Source: Paracoccus suum
GTDB taxonomy: Bacteria; Pseudomonadota; Alphaproteobacteria; Rhodobacterales; Rhodobacteraceae
Direction of reading: 5' to 3'
Assembly (NCBI RefSeq): GCF_003324675.1
Contig: NZ_CP030918.1
Coordinates: forward strand, 1,800,001 to 1,832,000
DNA length: 32,000 bases
In this document: positions 28,590 through 32,000 of the stretch, in pieces
Layout of the letters: each line of letters begins with the position of its first letter
How positions within the stretch are numbered: position 1 is the first letter of the stretch
Notes under the pieces: generated by a model
What the model was told of the DNA's origin: nothing
The model's database searches: none
The model's input: only the letters and a program-made list of their open reading frames with translations
Made by a program: the position numbers and the translations under genes

Positions 28590-29582
28590 CTACCAGCGCA
28601 GGACGACCGCGCCCCAGGCGAGGCCGCCGCCGATCGCCTCGGTTACGACGACCTGTCCCGGCTGTAAGCGCCCGGCGGCATCCGCCGTCGCAAGCGCCAG
28701 TGGGATCGAGGCGGCGGACGTATTGCCGTGCTGCGAGACGGTCAGCACCACACGCTCCATCGGCAGGTCCATGCGCGCGGCGGTCGCCGCGATGATGCGA
28801 AGGTTGGCTTGGTGGGGAACAAGCCAGTCCACCTCGCTCGTGGCAATGCCGGCCCGGTCGAGCGCCAAATGGGCCGTCTTGGCGAGCTTCTCGACAGCGT
28901 GGCGGAACACCAAGTTGCCCTGCATCTTCAGAACGCCCGCCTTGCCAGTCGTGGCAACGCCGCCATCGACATAGAGCAGGTCCCGGTGCCGGCCGTCGCT
29001 GTTCAGGTCGATCCCCAGGATGCCGCGATCGGCGCTATCGCCCGAGCCCTCTGCCGCCTCCAGCACCACCGCGCCGGCACCATCGCCGAACAGGATACAG
29101 GTGCCCCGATCTGTCCAGTCAAGGATGCGACTGAAGGTTTCAGCCCCGATTACCAGAACGCGGCGCGCGAGGCCGGCGCGGATCATCGCATCGGCATTGG
29201 CAAGCGCGTAGACGAAGCCCGCGCAGACCGCCTGGATGTCATAGGCAAAACCGCGCTCCATCCCCAGGCCCGCCTGGACCATGGTCGCGACCGAGGGGAA
29301 TGTCAGGTCGGGGGTCGAGGTTGCGACGATCACCGCGTCGATCTCACCCGCGTCCAGACCGCCGCGGTCGAGCGCATCGCGCGCGGCGCGGATCGCCAGA
29401 TCCGAGGTCGCCTGGTCGGCCGCGGCAAAGCGGCGCTCCTCGATGCCGGTGCGCTCGCGGATCCAGGCATCGGAGGTGTCGAGCGTCGCTTCGAAAAAGG
29501 CGTTCCGCACGATGCGCTCGGGAAGGTACATCCCGGTGCTGCGCACCGTGCTGCGGATGATGGCGTCCCCCAGGCCGCTCAC
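28590..29582 (-). CDS. fabH: 3-oxoacyl-ACP synthase III
   Basis: RSTGMYLPERIVRNAFFE...TSDAWIRERTGIEERRF...AYDIQAVCAGFVYAL (active-site Cys)...VPHQANLRII...GNTSAASIPLAL. The GTG start overlaps the plsX stop (GTGA). Confidence 0.93.
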   Translation of the reverse strand: MSGLGDAIIRSTVRSTGMYLPERIVRNAFFEATLDTSDAWIRERTGIEERRFAAADQATSDLAIRAARDALDRGGLDAGEIDAVIVATSTPDLTFPSVATMVQAGLGMERGFAYDIQAVCAGFVYALANADAMIRAGLARRVLVIGAETFSRILDWTDRGTCILFGDGAGAVVLEAAEGSGDSADRGILGIDLNSDGRHRDLLYVDGGVATTGKAGVLKMQGNLVFRHAVEKLAKTAHLALDRAGIATSEVDWLVPHQANLRIIAATAARMDLPMERVVLTVSQHGNTSAASIPLALATADAAGRLQPGQVVVTEAIGGGLAWGAVVLRW

Positions 29583-30700
29583 GCGACCGGACCGGGACGA
29601 ACTTGCGCGGCGGGCATATCGCCCGCGGGCCCTTGGGCGACACGCGCCGCCAGCCGCTCCTGAAAGCCCGAGCGAGCCAGTTGGAACGCCAACTTGATCG
29701 CGGCCGAGACGCCGGTCGCGTCGGCCGAGCCGTGCGATTTTACGACTGTGCCGTTCAAGCCCAGGAACACCCCGCCATTCACTCTGCGCGGATCAATCCG
29801 CTTTTGCAGGCGCTTCAGCGAGGTCATGGCCAGAACGGCGGCGAATTTCGACATGACGGAGTTGGCGAAGGCTTCCTTGAGGAAATCGCCGACCAGCTTG
29901 GCCGTTCCCTCGCCGGTCTTCAACGCGACGTTGCCGGTGAAACCATCGGTGACGATCACATCAACGCGCGCGCCGGGCAGGTCGCCGCCCTCGACAAAGC
30001 CCACGAAATCGTAGCTGCCAAGAGAGGTGCCGGCCTCGATCAACTCTGCTGCCAGCTTCAACTCGGGCCGCCCCTTGTGCTCCTCGGTGCCGACATTCAG
30101 CAAGCCGACGCGCGGACGCTCCAGCCCCAGGCCGTTGCGGGCGTAGCTGGCGCCCATCATCGCATATTGCGCCAGATCGGGCGCATCGGCGCGGATATCG
30201 GCGCCGACGTCCAGCATGACGTTGAAGCCCTGCGGATTGCGCGATGGCCACAGGCACGCGATGGCGGGGCGGTTGATCCCGGGCAGCTTGCGCAGGCGGA
30301 TCATCGACAGCGCCATCAGCGCGCCGGTATTGCCGCAACTGACGCAGGCCGTTGCCTCGCCAGCGCGGACCGAATCGATCGCCGACCACATCGAAGTGCC
30401 TTCGCCCTTGCGCATCACCTGGCTGGGCTTGTCCTGCATGGTGACGACCCCTGGGGCGTCGCGCAGATCGCAGCGGTCCGCCAAGTCGCGGCGGCGCCCG
30501 ATCAGGCGCTGCAATTCCGCGGCGGGGCCGTGGACGATAAATCGAAGATCGGGGTTCTTGGCTGCGCTTTCAGCCATGCCTGCGACCACGACGGCGGGAC
30601 CACGGTCGCCGCCCATGGCGTCGACCGAAATCACCACATTGCCGCCGCTTGCGGCAGTACGCGCGGCCGCCGGGCGGCCCGACGCGTCACCGATCGTCAT
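29579..30700 (-). CDS. plsX: phosphate acyltransferase PlsX
   Basis: ISVDAMGGDRGPAVVVAG...VSCGNTGALMA...LLNVGTEEHKG...DVIVTDGFTGNVALKTGEG. Confidence 0.93.
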   Translation of the reverse strand: MTIGDASGRPAAARTAASGGNVVISVDAMGGDRGPAVVVAGMAESAAKNPDLRFIVHGPAAELQRLIGRRRDLADRCDLRDAPGVVTMQDKPSQVMRKGEGTSMWSAIDSVRAGEATACVSCGNTGALMALSMIRLRKLPGINRPAIACLWPSRNPQGFNVMLDVGADIRADAPDLAQYAMMGASYARNGLGLERPRVGLLNVGTEEHKGRPELKLAAELIEAGTSLGSYDFVGFVEGGDLPGARVDVIVTDGFTGNVALKTGEGTAKLVGDFLKEAFANSVMSKFAAVLAMTSLKRLQKRIDPRRVNGGVFLGLNGTVVKSHGSADATGVSAAIKLAFQLARSGFQERLAARVAQGPAGDMPAAQVRPGPVA

Positions 30701-30727
30701 ATCAAACCCCTCTTAGCGCGGCAGCGC

Positions 30728-30934
30728 TCAGGCGGCGTCGTCGTCCAGGTCAACGGCGGCGGCCTGCGCGACAACTTCGCGATCCGCGTAATGGCCGCAG
30801 GACGGGCAGACGTGGTGCGGGCGCTTCAGCTCGCCACAGTTTGAGCATTCGTTCGGGTTCGCAGCAACCAGCGAATCATGCGCGCGGCGCATGTTGCGCT
30901 TGGAGCGGGTGACGCGGTTCTGTGGGACGGCCAT
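30728..30934 (-). CDS. rpmF: 50S ribosomal protein L32
   Basis: [22 protein letters not shown]...[23 protein letters not shown] 30934 is preceded by GAGG; the longer track ORF adds a spurious extension. Confidence 0.92.
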   Translation of the reverse strand: MAVPQNRVTRSKRNMRRAHDSLVAANPNECSNCGELKRPHHVCPSCGHYADREVVAQAAAVDLDDDAA

Positions 30935-31232
30935 GTCGCAACCTCGGTCTGGGGCAGGGCCGTCTGGCCGCTGCAAAGTCTATGATTCGGGACCGACGCG
31001 CCAAGCGGACGCGCGGACCTCAGACAGCCCAGGGACGGGTGAGGGGCGGGTCACGGCGCTGGCCCGCCGGTCGATGAAGCGGGGAAAATAGCCAAAATCA
31101 CGCCAGACGCAAGATGTAACTGCGCCCGGATTTCACCCCGCCGCCATTCGGCGTCTGATATTCCAGCCTGCATCTGGACCCGCGCGCCGGCAAGACCTAT
31201 ATCTTTGCTCGGAAATCACAGGACGCGCGCAC

Positions 31233-31607
31233 ATGAACCTATCCCCCGCCGCGCCGGCAGCGCCTGCCGAGGGCGCCCCGCTGATCGAGCCTTCGACCGT
31301 CGACCACCCCCTCTACGATAGCATCGTCGAGGCTTGCCGCTCGGTCTATGACCCGGAAATCCCGGTCAATATCTTTGACCTTGGACTGATCTACACCATC
31401 GTCGTGAACGACGCGGCCGAGGTCATGATCCGCATGACGCTGACCGCACCCGGCTGCCCAGTCGCCGGCGAGATGCCGGGCTGGGTCGCCGATGCGGTGA
31501 ACGCCATCCCGGGCGTCAAGCAGGTCGACGTTCATATGACGTTCGAGCCGCAATGGGGCATGGACATGATGTCGGACGAGGCGCGGCTGGAACTGGGCTT
31601 CATGTAA
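31233..31607 (+). CDS. DUF59 / SufT-like Fe-S cluster assembly protein
   Basis: IVEACRSVYDPEIPVNIFDLGLIY...MTLTAPGCPVAGEM...VHMTFEPQWGMDMMSDEARLELGF. Confidence 0.8.
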   Translation: MNLSPAAPAAPAEGAPLIEPSTVDHPLYDSIVEACRSVYDPEIPVNIFDLGLIYTIVVNDAAEVMIRMTLTAPGCPVAGEMPGWVADAVNAIPGVKQVDVHMTFEPQWGMDMMSDEARLELGFM

Positions 31608-31688
31608 CGCCTCTTCGCGGGCGGTCCCGCTTGAGCGGCGGCCGCGGCGTCCCTACATCTGGCCCGAGTTGAAGAAAGGCCCTGCGGC

Positions 31689-32000
31689 ATGTTTTCGATC
31701 CCCGGCAAGACCCCCGTGACGGTGACCCAGGCGGCCGAGGCGCGAATCGCCCGGCTGATGGAGGACAAGCAGGCATTCGCGCTGCGCATCGGCCTGAAAA
31801 AGGGCGGCTGCGCGGGGATGGAATACACGATGGAGCTGGCCGAGGCCGCCGCGCCCGGTGACGAGGCGATCGAGCAGGGCGCCGCCCGCGTCTTGATCGC
31901 GCCCACGGCGCAGATGTTCCTCTTCGGCACCGAGATCGATTACGAGAGCGGGATGCTCGACAGCGGCTTTCGCTTTCGCAACCCGAACGTCACCGACAGC
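31689..32000 (+). CDS. IscA/SufA/ErpA-family Fe-S cluster insertion protein, partial (3' end beyond the window)
   Basis: Not in the ORF track because it is edge-truncated. My translation from ATG 31689: MFSIPGKTPVTVTQAAEARIARLMEDKQAFALRIGLKKGGCAGMEYTMELAEAAAPGDEAIEQGAARVLIAPTAQMFLFGTEIDYESGMLDSGFRFRNPNVTDS, the HesB/IscA pattern just short of the C-terminal CGCG motif. Confidence 0.85.
   Translation, partial: MFSIPGKTPVTVTQAAEARIARLMEDKQAFALRIGLKKGGCAGMEYTMELAEAAAPGDEAIEQGAARVLIAPTAQMFLFGTEIDYESGMLDSGFRFRNPNVTDS

Noticed and set aside
29603-30844. Plus-strand ORF 29603..30844 (413 aa)
   Set aside because: It runs antisense to plsX and crosses into rpmF. It is a shadow frame.

Overview
High-GC (roughly two-thirds G+C by eye) alphaproteobacterial chromosome. 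It looks Rhodobacteraceae-like: from memory, the RecA here matches Rhodobacter/Cereibacter-type RecA over long stretches, and an alphaproteobacterial GTTC-N7-GTTC SOS box sits upstream of recA. The window is almost entirely densely packed core genes. In order: rpsA (partial, left edge, absent from the ORF track), ilvC, DUF1330, class-II glutamine amidotransferase, purA, small membrane protein, thiamine pyrophosphokinase, purQ, icd, a Thr/Ala-rich secreted protein, trpB, recA, a stand-alone sulfotransferase-family gene, SCP2 plus alpha/beta-hydrolase operon, TPR protein, SUV3-like helicase plus S4 RNA-binding protein, argS, SPOR protein, nagZ, a 574-aa two-domain sulfotransferase-like protein, scpA, scpB, a tiny Arg-rich ORF, dcd, tRNA-Pro(GGG), MerR-like regulator, ihfA, TraR/DksA-type zinc finger, fabH, plsX, rpmF, sufT-like DUF59 and an IscA/SufA-type gene (partial, right edge, absent from the ORF track). 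Most long ORFs in the track that run antisense to these genes are GC-rich shadow frames. I see no CRISPR array, transposase, integrase, prophage or defence-island signature, and no convincing large undescribed multi-gene system. The most unusual item is the two-domain sulfotransferase-like gene between nagZ and scpA, with altered cofactor-loop residues in both halves. Smaller oddities follow. A second sulfotransferase gene lies divergent from the LexA-boxed recA promoter. A TraR-like gene sits antisense between fabH and ihfA. A SUV3-like helicase with a long disordered RG-rich tail is start/stop-coupled to an S4 protein. Several convergent gene pairs have no room for terminators. A plus-oriented terminator-like hairpin has no plus-strand gene next to it. 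All functional calls come from reading the translated sequences and recalling family motifs; no database search was run.
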